Of a DNA stretch of 64,000 nucleotides, positions 20,301 through 30,153 are shown in pieces. Position 1 is the first letter of the stretch, and the number at the start of each line of letters is the position of its first letter. The stretch is from positions 953 to 64,952 of the forward strand of contig JAAWNF010000001.1 of NCBI GenBank assembly GCA_022798795.1. Direction: 5' to 3'. The position numbers and the translations under genes were made by a program. This DNA comes from Bacilli bacterium. GTDB taxonomy: Bacteria; Bacillota_I; Bacilli_A; RF39; UBA660. The notes beneath the pieces are model-generated. The model worked only from the letters and a program-made list of their open reading frames with translations, was not told the DNA's origin and did not search any database.

Positions 20301-21955
20301 GAATCACAGAAGTAAATCCATTGCCAGCTCATTATAGATGTTTAAAATGTAAATGTAGTATTTTTGAAGATGACAATGGAAATGCATTAGGAGCAAATTA
20401 TTCTAGTGGGTTTGATTTACCTGATAAAGATTGTCCAAATTGTGGAGAGCATATGTATAAAGATGGACAGGATATGCCATTTGCCACTTTTTTAGGATTT
20501 AATGCAGATAAGGTACCAGATATAGATTTAAATTTCTCAGATTTGAATCAAGCTTCTGCTCATGATTATACCAAAGTATTATTTGGTGTAGATAATGTAT
20601 ATCGTGCAGGAACTATTGGTACAGTGGCAGAAAAAACAGCATTCGGTTTTGTAAAGGGGTATTTGGAAGAAAAAAATTTGGTGATGAGAGGTGCTGAAAT
20701 AGAGCGTATTGCTATGGGATGTACTGGGGTAAAAAGAACGACTGGACAGCATCCTGGTGGAATTGTTGTTATTCCTGGATATATGGATGTATTTGATTTT
20801 ACTCCATTTCAATATCCAGCTGATGATGCAACAGCAGCATGGAGAACAACGCACTTTGATTATCATGCAATTGACCAAGATGTATTAAAACTAGATATTT
20901 TGGGACATTCTGACCCAACACAGCTCCGAATGATACAAGATTTAACAGGAATGGATATTACAAAGGTTCCATTAGATGATAAAGAAACAATGGGAATCTT
21001 TTTATCTCCGAAACCATTAGGAGTGACAGAAGACCAAATTATGTGTCCGACAGGAACTCTCGGTGTTCCTGAGTTTGGGACTCCATTTACAATTGGAATG
21101 TTAGTTGATACAAAGCCAAAAACTTTTTCTGAATTAATTAAAATATCTGGTCTTTCTCACGGAACAGATGTATGGCTTGGGAATGCACAAGAGCTGATTC
21201 GAAATCAAGTTGTACCTTTTAAAGATGTTATAGGATGTCGTGACGATATTATGGTCTATTTAATGTATAATGGAGTAGAGCCAATTAAAGCATTTAAAAT
21301 TATGGAATTTGTTCGAAAAGGGAAAGCGAGCAAAGACCCTGATACATGGGCAGGACATGTAGAAACTATGAAGAGTGCAGGAATCGCAGATTGGTTTATT
21401 GGTTCATGTGGAAAAATAAAATATATGTTCCCAAAAGCCCATGCTGCAGCTTATGTTATTAGTGCTTTTCGAATTGCTTGGTTTAAAGTGCATATGCCAG
21501 TTATTTATTATGCGACTTATCTTTCTGCACGTATTACGGATTATGATATTGATGTTATGATTGAGGGATATGATGCAATTAAAAGAAAAATTCATGAAAT
21601 TCAAAACAAAGGGTATGATGCTACAAATAAAGATGCAGCAGTTTTGGAAACATTGAAAATAGCGCTTGAAGCAACAGCACGTGGAATGAAATTTGCTCCA
21701 ATTGACTTAAATAGAAGTGAAGCAACTACTTTTGTGGTAGAAGGAGAAGATACTATGATTCCACCATTTTCTACGATTGATGGTCTAGGAGATACTGTTG
21801 CTAAGACGCTTGTAGAAGAGAGAAAAAAACATCCATTTATGAATGTTGAGGATGTTCAAAAAAGAGGAAAAGTATCTGCGACATTAATGGATAAGATGAA
21901 ACTGATGGGAATATTCGATGGAATGGATGAATCCAGTCAATTGAGTTTATTTTAG
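17327..21955 (+). CDS. polC: DNA polymerase III PolC-type (Gram-positive replicative polymerase)
   Basis: ~1540 aa. PHP domain, internal DEDDh exonuclease (VVFDFETTG...HNAKFDVSFL...HRGDYDAEA), a zinc finger (CLKCKC...CPNCG) and the polymerase core. Start at 17327 after the RBS gaggtgg. Confidence 0.95.
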   Translation: MQDKLKILLEQLEINEESRNLFEGGTLERIKCNKQVMSYSFEITLKKLLPPDLVSFFLERLHQTFESIGKVDAIFKIETIESEKVKEYYFYLLKKYSENAPSLEILKDYNPEYQNGILTIVVGNKAEQKKLEELEPYFTEDLVKFGINVSMIINVNSDINSEIEKEIEEEKMVSIHEELLNRPEPVPTQVEEVKKKFVPKEFKRKPLIQEPENPDIVIGTLIETESTELRQIAGEVANVTIEGYIFGTEVRETKTDLKIITLKITDYTDSVYGKIFVNDEEEFKTISKQLKAGKWFKFKGSMKNDVYSKELTFSIRDINVLKKEITKRIDDAPVKRVELHAHTFMSQMDGLVDESKLVKQAIEWGHKAIAITDHNGVQAFPHVYNMVRDYNKGKEENEKFKALYGTELTMVDDEVKIVVRPNDSRLLDNTYVVFDFETTGFNAGGGDSIIEIGAVKILNGEIIDKYDELINPERPLPKKITEVTSITDDMLKDKDNEENAIKRFIEWYGDFPMVAHNAKFDVSFLEMAHQKYNLGEFTNTVIDTLELSRTMDSSFGRHSLSALVKRYDVPFDEESHHRGDYDAEATAYVFHKMMKKLEGMNFEKISDLDKLVSKDEIHKYGRTYHINLIAQNKVGLKNLFQIVSLANTKYLYKTPRILRSEIVRLKEGILVGSGCYESEVFTEGRSKSDEELSNIIKFYDYVEVQPPEVYNHLLQMNDFASEAELLEHIKKIIRVTEEAGKLVVATGDVHHLNRDDKIYRSIIVNQKVPGGGRHPLARNNIKEIPCQHFRTTREMVEDFSFLDDETIKRIVIDNPNKIADMCEIIEVIIETGGVPFSPKIDKSVETATELVYTKAADWYGDPLPANIEERIATELYGDGVLKAIKENMKKEGKEEGEEFSKEALKRLHNIILEGFEPIKELLRENIRANCEEELTVEELEKKVKKSLGGIIGGGFDVIYLIAQKLVKHSNDDGYLVGSRGSVGSSFVATMMGITEVNPLPAHYRCLKCKCSIFEDDNGNALGANYSSGFDLPDKDCPNCGEHMYKDGQDMPFATFLGFNADKVPDIDLNFSDLNQASAHDYTKVLFGVDNVYRAGTIGTVAEKTAFGFVKGYLEEKNLVMRGAEIERIAMGCTGVKRTTGQHPGGIVVIPGYMDVFDFTPFQYPADDATAAWRTTHFDYHAIDQDVLKLDILGHSDPTQLRMIQDLTGMDITKVPLDDKETMGIFLSPKPLGVTEDQIMCPTGTLGVPEFGTPFTIGMLVDTKPKTFSELIKISGLSHGTDVWLGNAQELIRNQVVPFKDVIGCRDDIMVYLMYNGVEPIKAFKIMEFVRKGKASKDPDTWAGHVETMKSAGIADWFIGSCGKIKYMFPKAHAAAYVISAFRIAWFKVHMPVIYYATYLSARITDYDIDVMIEGYDAIKRKIHEIQNKGYDATNKDAAVLETLKIALEATARGMKFAPIDLNRSEATTFVVEGEDTMIPPFSTIDGLGDTVAKTLVEERKKHPFMNVEDVQKRGKVSATLMDKMKLMGIFDGMDESSQLSLF

Positions 21956-21981
21956 AATGTCTATGATGACATTCTTTTTTG
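21954..21981 (+). terminator. Terminator after polC
   Basis: agaatgtc-N6-gacattct followed by tttttt. Confidence 0.65.
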
Positions 21982-22060
21982 TATAATATATGTATTTAGA
22001 TAAATTTCCCTTTTCAAAATAGAACAATTTTTAGTATAATGAAAATAGAGGTGAAATAGA

Positions 22061-23434
22061 ATGAATCTTGTAAAAGAAATCAATCCTAATATATTTAGGG
22101 AATATGATTTAAGGGGAGTTTATCCTGATGATATAACAGAAGATGTAGCGTATACATTGGGGAAAAGTTTTGGTACATATATCAAAAAGTTTGGTTTCGA
22201 GAAGACTGTGGTAGGACATGATAACCGTTTATCATCACCATTATTAGCAAAAGCATTGATAAAAGGAATTTTGGAAACAGGAATTGATGTTATCAATTTA
22301 GGACTTGTTACAACGCCAATGTATTATTTTGCCAAATATCATTTAGAAATATATTCAGGAATTATGATTACAGCTAGTCATAATCCAAAAGAATATAATG
22401 GATTTAAAATGGCTTTTTCTAAAGTTGGAAATGCTTATGGAAAACAAATTATGGAATTTCGCGATTTTACCCATGATTTATGCTTTGATGAGGGGTTAGG
22501 AACAGAAATTAAATTAGATTTAAAAAGTAGTTATTTAAAATTACTAAAAAATTCCATTGATTTAGGGAATAGAAAAATTAAAGTAGTAGTAGATTGTGGA
22601 AATGGTACAGGTTCTATTGTCATCAAAGATATATTAGAGTTATTACCAATTGAATATGAATTATTATATTGTGAAAGTGACGGAAATTTTCCGAATCATC
22701 ATCCAGACCCAAGTGTTGCTTCTAATATGATAGAATTAGGAAAAAAAGTAAAAACGTTAGGATTTGATTTTGGTATTGGGATTGATGGAGATGCAGATAG
22801 GGTTGGAATCGTAGACGAAAATGGAAAAGTAATTCCAACAGATTTGGTAATGGCGATTATTTATCGTTATTTATATCCAACAATGAAAAATAAAAAAGCT
22901 TTGTTTGATGTAAAATGTTCAAAAGCATTAATTGATGATTTAGAAAACTTAGGCATAGAACCAGAAATGTATCGAACAGGAAATTCTTATACGAATATGA
23001 GAATGCAAGAGGGAGACTTTGATTTTGGAGGAGAATATTCTGGGCATATCTTTTTTAGAGACAAATTTCCAGGGTTTGACGATGGAATTTATGGTGGACT
23101 TCGTGTAATTGAAATTTTATCTCATACAGAAAAAGATATCAGTCAATTGTTAGAGGGCATTCATCAATATTATTCAACCGAAGAAATGAAGATAGCAGTT
23201 ACAGATGAAACAAAGTTTGAAATAGTAGAAAAAGTAAAAGAGTATGCGAAAAATAAAAATTATTCTATTATTTCATTAGATGGAGTAAGAGTTGCGTTTG
23301 ATGATGGATGGGCTCTTGTGAGAGCATCAAATACAGGACCAAATTTAACAGCTCGTTTTGAAGCAACCACAGAAGAACGATTAGAAGAGCTACAAAATGA
23401 ATTTTTAAACGTAATAGAAACTTCTAGTAAATAG
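22061..23434 (+). CDS. Phosphohexomutase (phosphomannomutase/phosphoglucomutase family)
   Basis: Active-site serine loop TASHNPKEYNGFK, metal-binding DGDADR, and a sugar-binding loop. Confidence 0.8.
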   Translation: MNLVKEINPNIFREYDLRGVYPDDITEDVAYTLGKSFGTYIKKFGFEKTVVGHDNRLSSPLLAKALIKGILETGIDVINLGLVTTPMYYFAKYHLEIYSGIMITASHNPKEYNGFKMAFSKVGNAYGKQIMEFRDFTHDLCFDEGLGTEIKLDLKSSYLKLLKNSIDLGNRKIKVVVDCGNGTGSIVIKDILELLPIEYELLYCESDGNFPNHHPDPSVASNMIELGKKVKTLGFDFGIGIDGDADRVGIVDENGKVIPTDLVMAIIYRYLYPTMKNKKALFDVKCSKALIDDLENLGIEPEMYRTGNSYTNMRMQEGDFDFGGEYSGHIFFRDKFPGFDDGIYGGLRVIEILSHTEKDISQLLEGIHQYYSTEEMKIAVTDETKFEIVEKVKEYAKNKNYSIISLDGVRVAFDDGWALVRASNTGPNLTARFEATTEERLEELQNEFLNVIETSSK

Positions 23435-23509
23435 AAGTTTTTTTGTGATAAAGATCATGCTAGCTAGTATTTCCAACTTTTTTACGGTATAATAAAGCTA
23501 GGTGATAAA

Positions 23510-26098
23510 ATGGCGAAAATAATACTAGTAGATGGAAATAATCTTTTGTTCCGAAGCTATTATGCAACTGCATATAATGGTAATTTTATGAAGAATAGTA
23601 AAGATTTTCCAACCAATGCCTTATTTGGATTTACGAATATGATAAATAAAATTATTTTAGAGGAAAAACCAACTCATATAATGGTTGCATTTGATAAAGG
23701 GAAAACATTTCGACATGAAAAATATACAGAATATAAAGGAGGAAGAATAGAAACACCAAATGAGCTGAAAGTTCAATTTCCAATAGCAAAACAACTATTA
23801 ACTGAAATGGGAATTGCTTTTTTTGAAATCGATAACTATGAGGCTGATGATATCATAGGTACTTTTGCACGCTATTGTGATGAAAAAGACGAATGGATTG
23901 GAACGATTATTAGTAGTGATAAGGATTTGCTTCAATTGATTAGTCATGATGTAGATATGAAATTATTAAAGCAAAAAGACTATATTCGGTATAATTATGA
24001 ATCATTTCAAGAAGATTACGGAATTGTTCCAAAACGAATGGTAGATTTAAAGTCTTTAATGGGAGATAGCTCAGATAACATTCCTGGAGTAAAAGGAATT
24101 GGAGAAAAAACAGCTCTAAAATTATTACAAGAATATGAAACTCTAGATGGAATTTATAAAAATATAAGTAAAATTGGAATGAAAACAGCGCAAAAATTAG
24201 AAGAAGAAAAAGAGAATGCTTATATGAGCTATGATTTGGCTACCATTTATAAAGAAGTTCCAATCCCATTTGAGCCAGAAGAATTGGTTTATAGAGGAAA
24301 TCAAAAAGGATTAAATGAATTATATGAAGAGCTAGAATTTTATTCTTTTATAAAGAAAAATAAAAAAGAAGAAATTGACAAAAAATTATTGAATGTTGAA
24401 ATCCTGACTGATTTGGAAGATGTGAAGCTAGATGGAGAAGTAGCTATTTATTTAGAATTATTTGGAAGCAATTATCATACAGCAGAGCCTTTGGGTTGCG
24501 GAATTTATCATAAAGATAAGGCATTTTATGTTCCAATAGAAACATTAAAAAAATATCCAGAATTTTTAAAGAATAATCCTAAGTACACATATGATTTAAA
24601 AAAAGATATTGTTTCTTTAAAATATCTTGGAATTGATTTTAACAATTGTATTTTTGATACCATGATAGCTGCTTATTTACTAGAATATAATGTAAAAGAT
24701 GATATTGCTTATTTAGCAAATCAGTTCGACTATGATATTTTCTTTTATGAATCTATTTTTGGAAAAAATAAAAAACAAGAGAAACCAAAAGAAGAAATTA
24801 TTGCATATCATGCTATTATGAAAGCAAAATTTATTTATGAAACAAAAGAATTATTAGAAAAGCAACTAGAAAAAGAAGGAATGACCTCTTTATATTTTGA
24901 TGTTGAATTACCACTTTCTAGAGTTCTTGCCAGCATGGAATGTACTGGTGTTCATGTAAGTAAAGAAACAATAGAAGAAATGGGAAAAGAAATCAAAGAA
25001 AAAATAGATTTATTACAAGAAGAAATATATCAATATGCAGGATGCGAATTTAATATTTCTTCACCAAATCAATTAGGAGAAGTTTTGTTTGAAAAACTAA
25101 AATTACCTCATGGAAAAAAAGGGAAGACTGGCTATTCTACTGCGATAGATGTTCTTAAAAAGCTTCAAGGCTCTCATCCAATTATTGAAGTTATTATGGA
25201 ATTTAGAACTTTAACAAAATTATATACAACATATATTGAAGGACTAAAAAGTACAATTATGAAAGATGGAAAAATACATACTATTTATACACAGGCAATA
25301 ACTAGAACAGGAAGACTTTCTTCTATAGAACCAAATCTTCAAAATATTCCCGCAAGAAATGAATATGGAAGAATTATTCGAAAAGCTTTTATTCCAAGTC
25401 TTAATTCTGTTATTTTGAGTAGTGATTATTCTCAAATAGAATTGAGAATGCTTGCACATATTGCTGATGTTGAATCATTAAAAAAGGCATTTCATGAAAA
25501 TATTGATATTCATACTAAAACAGCAAGTGATTTGTTTAAAATTCCATTAGAAGAAGTAACTAAGATGCAGCGTAGAATGGCAAAAGCAGTTAATTTTGGA
25601 ATTATCTATGGAATTAGTAGTTATGGATTATCTGAAAATTTGTCGATTCCACCAAAAGAAGCAAAAGAATTTATTGATAATTATTTACTTACTTATCCAG
25701 GTATTAAAGACTACATGGATAAAATAGTGAACCAAGCTTATCAAGATGGATATGTAAAAACATTATTAGGAAGAAAACGATTGCTTCCAGAATTAAAAAA
25801 TGCGAATTATATGATACGTAGTAGTGGTGAAAGAATGGCTTTAAACACACCAATACAGGGAACGAGTGCAGACTTAATAAAAAAAGCTATGGTGGATATT
25901 TATAATGAATTTGAAAAACAAAATATGAAAAGTAAAATGATTTTACAAGTACATGATGAATTGGTATTTGATTGTTTATTAGAAGAAAAAGAAAAAGTAA
26001 TTTCAATTGTGACCGAAAAAATGAATCAAGTATATCCTTTATCTATTCCATTAGAAGTAGATATTGAATATGGTAATAATTGGTATGAAGCCAAATAA
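23510..26098 (+). CDS. polA: DNA polymerase I
   Basis: 5'-3' exonuclease domain (LVDGNNLLFRSYYA, GDSSDNIPGVKGIGEKTA). A degenerate 3'-5' exonuclease region. Pol A motifs (DYSQIELR, RRMAKAVNFGIIYG, QVHDELVF). Confidence 0.95.
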   Translation: MAKIILVDGNNLLFRSYYATAYNGNFMKNSKDFPTNALFGFTNMINKIILEEKPTHIMVAFDKGKTFRHEKYTEYKGGRIETPNELKVQFPIAKQLLTEMGIAFFEIDNYEADDIIGTFARYCDEKDEWIGTIISSDKDLLQLISHDVDMKLLKQKDYIRYNYESFQEDYGIVPKRMVDLKSLMGDSSDNIPGVKGIGEKTALKLLQEYETLDGIYKNISKIGMKTAQKLEEEKENAYMSYDLATIYKEVPIPFEPEELVYRGNQKGLNELYEELEFYSFIKKNKKEEIDKKLLNVEILTDLEDVKLDGEVAIYLELFGSNYHTAEPLGCGIYHKDKAFYVPIETLKKYPEFLKNNPKYTYDLKKDIVSLKYLGIDFNNCIFDTMIAAYLLEYNVKDDIAYLANQFDYDIFFYESIFGKNKKQEKPKEEIIAYHAIMKAKFIYETKELLEKQLEKEGMTSLYFDVELPLSRVLASMECTGVHVSKETIEEMGKEIKEKIDLLQEEIYQYAGCEFNISSPNQLGEVLFEKLKLPHGKKGKTGYSTAIDVLKKLQGSHPIIEVIMEFRTLTKLYTTYIEGLKSTIMKDGKIHTIYTQAITRTGRLSSIEPNLQNIPARNEYGRIIRKAFIPSLNSVILSSDYSQIELRMLAHIADVESLKKAFHENIDIHTKTASDLFKIPLEEVTKMQRRMAKAVNFGIIYGISSYGLSENLSIPPKEAKEFIDNYLLTYPGIKDYMDKIVNQAYQDGYVKTLLGRKRLLPELKNANYMIRSSGERMALNTPIQGTSADLIKKAMVDIYNEFEKQNMKSKMILQVHDELVFDCLLEEKEKVISIVTEKMNQVYPLSIPLEVDIEYGNNWYEAK

Positions 26099-26102
26099 TT
26101 AA

Positions 26103-26131
26103 TTGACATATTATGAGAACTATTTTATAAT
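26103..26131 (+). promoter_or_regulatory. Near-consensus sigma-A promoter for the CDF-GNAT gene
   Basis: ttgaca-N17-tataat. Confidence 0.6.
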
Positions 26132-26183
26132 GAGTGAATATATATAGTACTATATTAGTAGTACTTTTTCTTGAGGTGAAAAA

Positions 26184-27470
26184 ATGGATAAAATAACAAA
26201 AGTAATGGGAATCAGTATTATTACAAATATTTTTCTTTCAGTTGTAAAGATAGTAACTGGATTTATTGGAAATAGTGGAGCTTTAATTGCTGATGGGATT
26301 CATTCATTTAGTGATTTATCAACTGATTTTATTGCTATTGTGGGAAATTATTTGTCCAGAAAACCAGCAGATGAAAAACATCCTTATGGACATGGAAAAA
26401 TAGAATATATTACAAGTATTATTATTAGCTTAGTCATATTATTTTTAGGGGGCTCTATTATTTATGAGTCTTTTCAAAAACAATTTGTAATTCCTAGTAT
26501 GATAGTCGCTCTTATCAGTTTTGTAACAATTGTATTAAAACTTTTGTTATCAAAATATATCATTCGAAAAGGAAAAGAATATAAAAATAATATTTTATTA
26601 GCCAGTGGTTATGAAAGTAGTACAGATGTTATTAGTTCAATTGTAGTTTTCGTATCTGTACTATTGATGCAATTGTCTAAAACTTGGATGATTTTCAAAT
26701 ATGCAGATATGATAGCAAGTATTATAGTTGGGATATTAATTATAAAAATTGGCTATAGTATTTTAAGTGAAAACATGAGTACTATTTTAGAAGAACAAGA
26801 AACAAATAAAGAATATTTAGATTCTTTAAAAGAAATTATATTAAAAGATGGTAATATTCATCATATAGACAATTTATTGGTTTTAAAATATGGTTCTTAT
26901 TATAAGTTAGTTGCTGAAGTAAGTGTTGACTCGAGATTATCAATCATGGAAGCTCATCAATATGCTCATGAAGCTGAAAATCGGCTTAAAATGTTTGATT
27001 CGAAAATTATTTATGTAACAATACATGTGAATCCATACCAAAAATACAAGCTTATAAAGGCAACAAAAAGAGATTTTGAGAAAATTTACAAATATCGATT
27101 GGAAACAATTATCACAGAAGGAAAGCCAGAGATTGAAGAGCAAAAACGAATTGAAAGATATGTGAAAAAGGGTTTGAAAGAACATTTGAATGATTATTTT
27201 ATGATTACTGTGGAAGGAAATAAAATAGGAACAGTAGGGTATTATATAACAGATGATAATACAATTTTAATAGAAGAACTTTATTTAGAAGAAATATACA
27301 GGAATTGTAAAATAGGGACTTCAATTTTAAATCATATTATATTAAAGCATAAAGATAAAGAAATTACTCTTTGGGTATATAAAAATAATAAAATTGCAAT
27401 TTCACTATATCAATGTTTAGGCTTCAAAAAAATAGAAGAAACAAAAGAGAGAATGAAAATGAGAAAATGA
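26184..27470 (+). CDS. Cation diffusion facilitator (CDF) transporter fused to a C-terminal GNAT-like acetyltransferase domain
   Basis: CDF signature (SGALIADGIHSFSDL...HPYGHGKIEY), six TM helices and a cytoplasmic domain. The last ~110 aa resemble a GNAT fold (TVGYYITDDNTILIEELYL...YQCLGFKK). Confidence 0.6.
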   Translation: MDKITKVMGISIITNIFLSVVKIVTGFIGNSGALIADGIHSFSDLSTDFIAIVGNYLSRKPADEKHPYGHGKIEYITSIIISLVILFLGGSIIYESFQKQFVIPSMIVALISFVTIVLKLLLSKYIIRKGKEYKNNILLASGYESSTDVISSIVVFVSVLLMQLSKTWMIFKYADMIASIIVGILIIKIGYSILSENMSTILEEQETNKEYLDSLKEIILKDGNIHHIDNLLVLKYGSYYKLVAEVSVDSRLSIMEAHQYAHEAENRLKMFDSKIIYVTIHVNPYQKYKLIKATKRDFEKIYKYRLETIITEGKPEIEEQKRIERYVKKGLKEHLNDYFMITVEGNKIGTVGYYITDDNTILIEELYLEEIYRNCKIGTSILNHIILKHKDKEITLWVYKNNKIAISLYQCLGFKKIEETKERMKMRK

Positions 27471-27494
27471 CTTGACATTGTTTTTTGGATAGTG

Positions 27495-27703
27495 TTACAA
27501 TTATTTCATAAATCGTTGATGAAGATTAGTAATAGTAAAATTTTTAGTAGAGAGTTCATGGTTGGTGAAAATGGATAAGAATTTTATTATGAATCTACTT
27601 CAGAGTGAAATGTAAACATTTCCGGGAGACCGTTATCAGAATTAAGCAAGACTCATATTAGGATGGTACCGCATCATATGCTCCTAATGTTAGTCTTTTT
27701 TTA
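27495..27703 (+). promoter_or_regulatory. T-box riboswitch leader controlling serS
   Basis: Stem I elements, F-box CCGTTA (gagaccgttatcag), T-box sequence aattaggatggtaccgc, then terminator gactcatattagga...tcctaatgttagtc followed by ttttttt. Confidence 0.8.
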
Positions 27704-27723
27704 TTGAAAAGGAGAGATATAAT

Positions 27724-29010
27724 ATGTTAGATATTAAGTTTTTACGAGAAAATAAAGAAGCAGTAAAAGAAAATTTAAGAAAGAAATTTCAAGAAGAAAA
27801 AATACCACTTGTAGAGGAAGTAAGTGAAAAATATGATAGAAAAAGAACACTTCAACAACAAGTAGACGATTTAAGAAAAGAAAGAAATGAAACATCTTCA
27901 TTGATAGGTAGTTTGATGAAAGATAATAGAAAAGAAGAGGCTGAAGAAAAAAAGAAGCGAGTAGTAGAAATCAATACTTTTTTAGTAGATTTAGAAAAAG
28001 AAGCAGAAACATTAGATATAGAAATTAAAAAAATCATGATGGGAATTCCACAAATGATAGATGCTTCTGTACCAATTGGAAAAGATGATAGTGAAAATGT
28101 AGAAATTGAAAAATTTGGAGAACCTATTGTTCCTAATTATGAAATTCCACATCACGCAGATATTTGTGCGAGACTAAATGGAATTGATAAGGAAAGTGCA
28201 GGAAGAACAAGTGGAAACGGTTTTTATTATTTGATGGGAGATGTTGCAAGACTACATTCAGCCATGATTTCTTATGCAAGAGATTTTATGATTAATAAAG
28301 GATTTACTTATTGTATTCCACCATTTATGATTCGAAGTGATGTTGTAACTGGTGTTATGTCATTTGCAGAAATGGAAAATATGATGTATAAAATAGAAAA
28401 TGAAGACTTGTATTTAATTGGTACCTCAGAACATTCTATGATTGGAAAGTTTAAAGACCAAATAGTAAAAGAAGAAGAGCTTCCAATTGCTATGACTTCA
28501 TATAGTCCATGTTTTAGAAAAGAAGTTGGTTCTCATGGAATTGAAGAAAGAGGGTTATACCGTGTTCATCAATTTGAAAAACAAGAAATGGTAGTCCTTT
28601 GTAAACTTGAGGAGGCAATGAATTGGTATCATAAAATGTGGTCATATACAGTAGAATTCTTTAGAAGTTTAGATGTTCCTGTTAGGACTTTAGAATGTTG
28701 TAGTGGAGATTTAGCAGACCTTAAAGTAAAGTCTTGTGATGTTGAAGCATGGAGTCCAAGACAACAAAAATACTTCGAAGTTGGTTCTTGTTCCACTTTA
28801 GGTGATGCACAAGCAAGAAGACTTTCTATTCGTGCTAAAGGAGAAAGTGGGAACTATTTAGTTGCGACATTAAACAATACAGTTTTGGCTACCCCTAGAG
28901 GATTAATTGCCGTGTTAGAAAATAATTATATGGAAGATGGTAGTGTTAAAATCCCAAAAGCATTAAGACCTTATATGGGTGGGAAAGAAATCATTGTTCC
29001 TAAAAAATGA
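27724..29010 (+). CDS. serS: Seryl-tRNA synthetase
   Basis: N-terminal coiled-coil arm and class II core (FRKEVGSHG...RVHQFEKQEMV...GRTSGNGFYY). Confidence 0.9.
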   Translation: MLDIKFLRENKEAVKENLRKKFQEEKIPLVEEVSEKYDRKRTLQQQVDDLRKERNETSSLIGSLMKDNRKEEAEEKKKRVVEINTFLVDLEKEAETLDIEIKKIMMGIPQMIDASVPIGKDDSENVEIEKFGEPIVPNYEIPHHADICARLNGIDKESAGRTSGNGFYYLMGDVARLHSAMISYARDFMINKGFTYCIPPFMIRSDVVTGVMSFAEMENMMYKIENEDLYLIGTSEHSMIGKFKDQIVKEEELPIAMTSYSPCFRKEVGSHGIEERGLYRVHQFEKQEMVVLCKLEEAMNWYHKMWSYTVEFFRSLDVPVRTLECCSGDLADLKVKSCDVEAWSPRQQKYFEVGSCSTLGDAQARRLSIRAKGESGNYLVATLNNTVLATPRGLIAVLENNYMEDGSVKIPKALRPYMGGKEIIVPKK

Positions 29011-29014
29011 TAAT

Positions 29015-29052
29015 AAAAAAAGCATTATTATAAAAATTTAAATGCTTTTTTT
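29015..29052. terminator. Bidirectional terminator between serS and the convergent ATP-grasp-like gene
   Basis: aaaaagcatt-N15-aatgcttttt with A/T runs on both sides. Confidence 0.6.
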
Positions 29053-29068
29053 GAATCTTTAACAAATT

Positions 29069-30043
29069 TTAATATTTTATGAATTGATGTCCAAATAGTG
29101 CAGAGAATGCAGGATGCATTTTATTTTCTCCAGTTAAGGCTTGATGAAAATCATGGGCAAAACTTCCTGGAATATCATCAAATAATGGAGAAACTGGAGG
29201 TTCTTCCCCACTAAAAGAACATTCTTCTGTTTTATATTTTGGGAGGGCTATGATATCTTGATGAGTAAGGTCACTAGGATTTTCTGCCATTCTAGAATTA
29301 TATAAATATGGCACGGCAGTTTCAATTGCATTAAACTCCAAGATATCTAACTTTCCTTTGCTACTAGCAACATCTAAAACAAAGTAATCTGGAAAATCAT
29401 TTGGAAGTTCTTTTATAATTGTATTTATAAATTGAATTACTTCTTTAGGAATTCTATGATATGTTTTATGTAGTGGTCTAGAGATAGAGGTAATTACTCT
29501 ATTGTGGATGAAAGCTCTATATTCTTGCTTTCCTAGATTATCTTCATCTATCGTAATAACAGGGCTTATCATAAATTCATCTTGAAGATGATATTTCATA
29601 GCTTTTCTAAAAGGACTATCAGGTTCAACAATATCTATGATTGTAATAATGCCATGAAAATCTTTTTCGACGGTTTTTAAGAAAATAGAACCATTGACTC
29701 CATATTGTTCAAATAGACAAGTAAGAAAAGCTAAATCCTCAAAATCTTGTCCTGTTATAATTGATACATCTCTATGATGAGGTTCTATAAAGTTTGCCCA
29801 ATGTTTAACATTTTCTATATCTTCAATTGTGTTAATAGAAATTCCTTCAAAGTCTTCTATCAAATCAAACATTTCATATAATCTAAAAATATCAGAAATA
29901 ATGAGGATTTTTTTTCCTTTGATATTAACTTTTCTATGATTACAATCAAAAAAGCAATTATGTTCTTCATCAAAGAACAGAAAACCTTCAAGTTTACTTT
30001 CTGGAATCAATTTTTTTAATTCAATTGGAAAACAATAATACAT
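29069..30043 (-). CDS. ATP-grasp-like enzyme (predicted amidoligase), family unassigned
   Basis: ATP-grasp-type blocks: QEYRAFIHNRVITSISRP (E-[YF]-R-x-f...R, as in RimK/Ddl) and YFVLDVASSKGKLDILEFNA (the D...lE.N metal/ATP-binding loop). ~324 aa. No SP or TM. Confidence 0.45.
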   Translation of the reverse strand: MYYCFPIELKKLIPESKLEGFLFFDEEHNCFFDCNHRKVNIKGKKILIISDIFRLYEMFDLIEDFEGISINTIEDIENVKHWANFIEPHHRDVSIITGQDFEDLAFLTCLFEQYGVNGSIFLKTVEKDFHGIITIIDIVEPDSPFRKAMKYHLQDEFMISPVITIDEDNLGKQEYRAFIHNRVITSISRPLHKTYHRIPKEVIQFINTIIKELPNDFPDYFVLDVASSKGKLDILEFNAIETAVPYLYNSRMAENPSDLTHQDIIALPKYKTEECSFSGEEPPVSPLFDDIPGSFAHDFHQALTGENKMHPAFSALFGHQFIKY

Positions 30044-30153
30044 ATAATCTTCCTCCTTCTTGAAAATATATTATAATATATGTTTGTAAATTTGACAAAT
30101 TATAGAAATCTGTTAGAATAAAAACAATTAAAAAGAGAAAAGAAGGTGAATTT

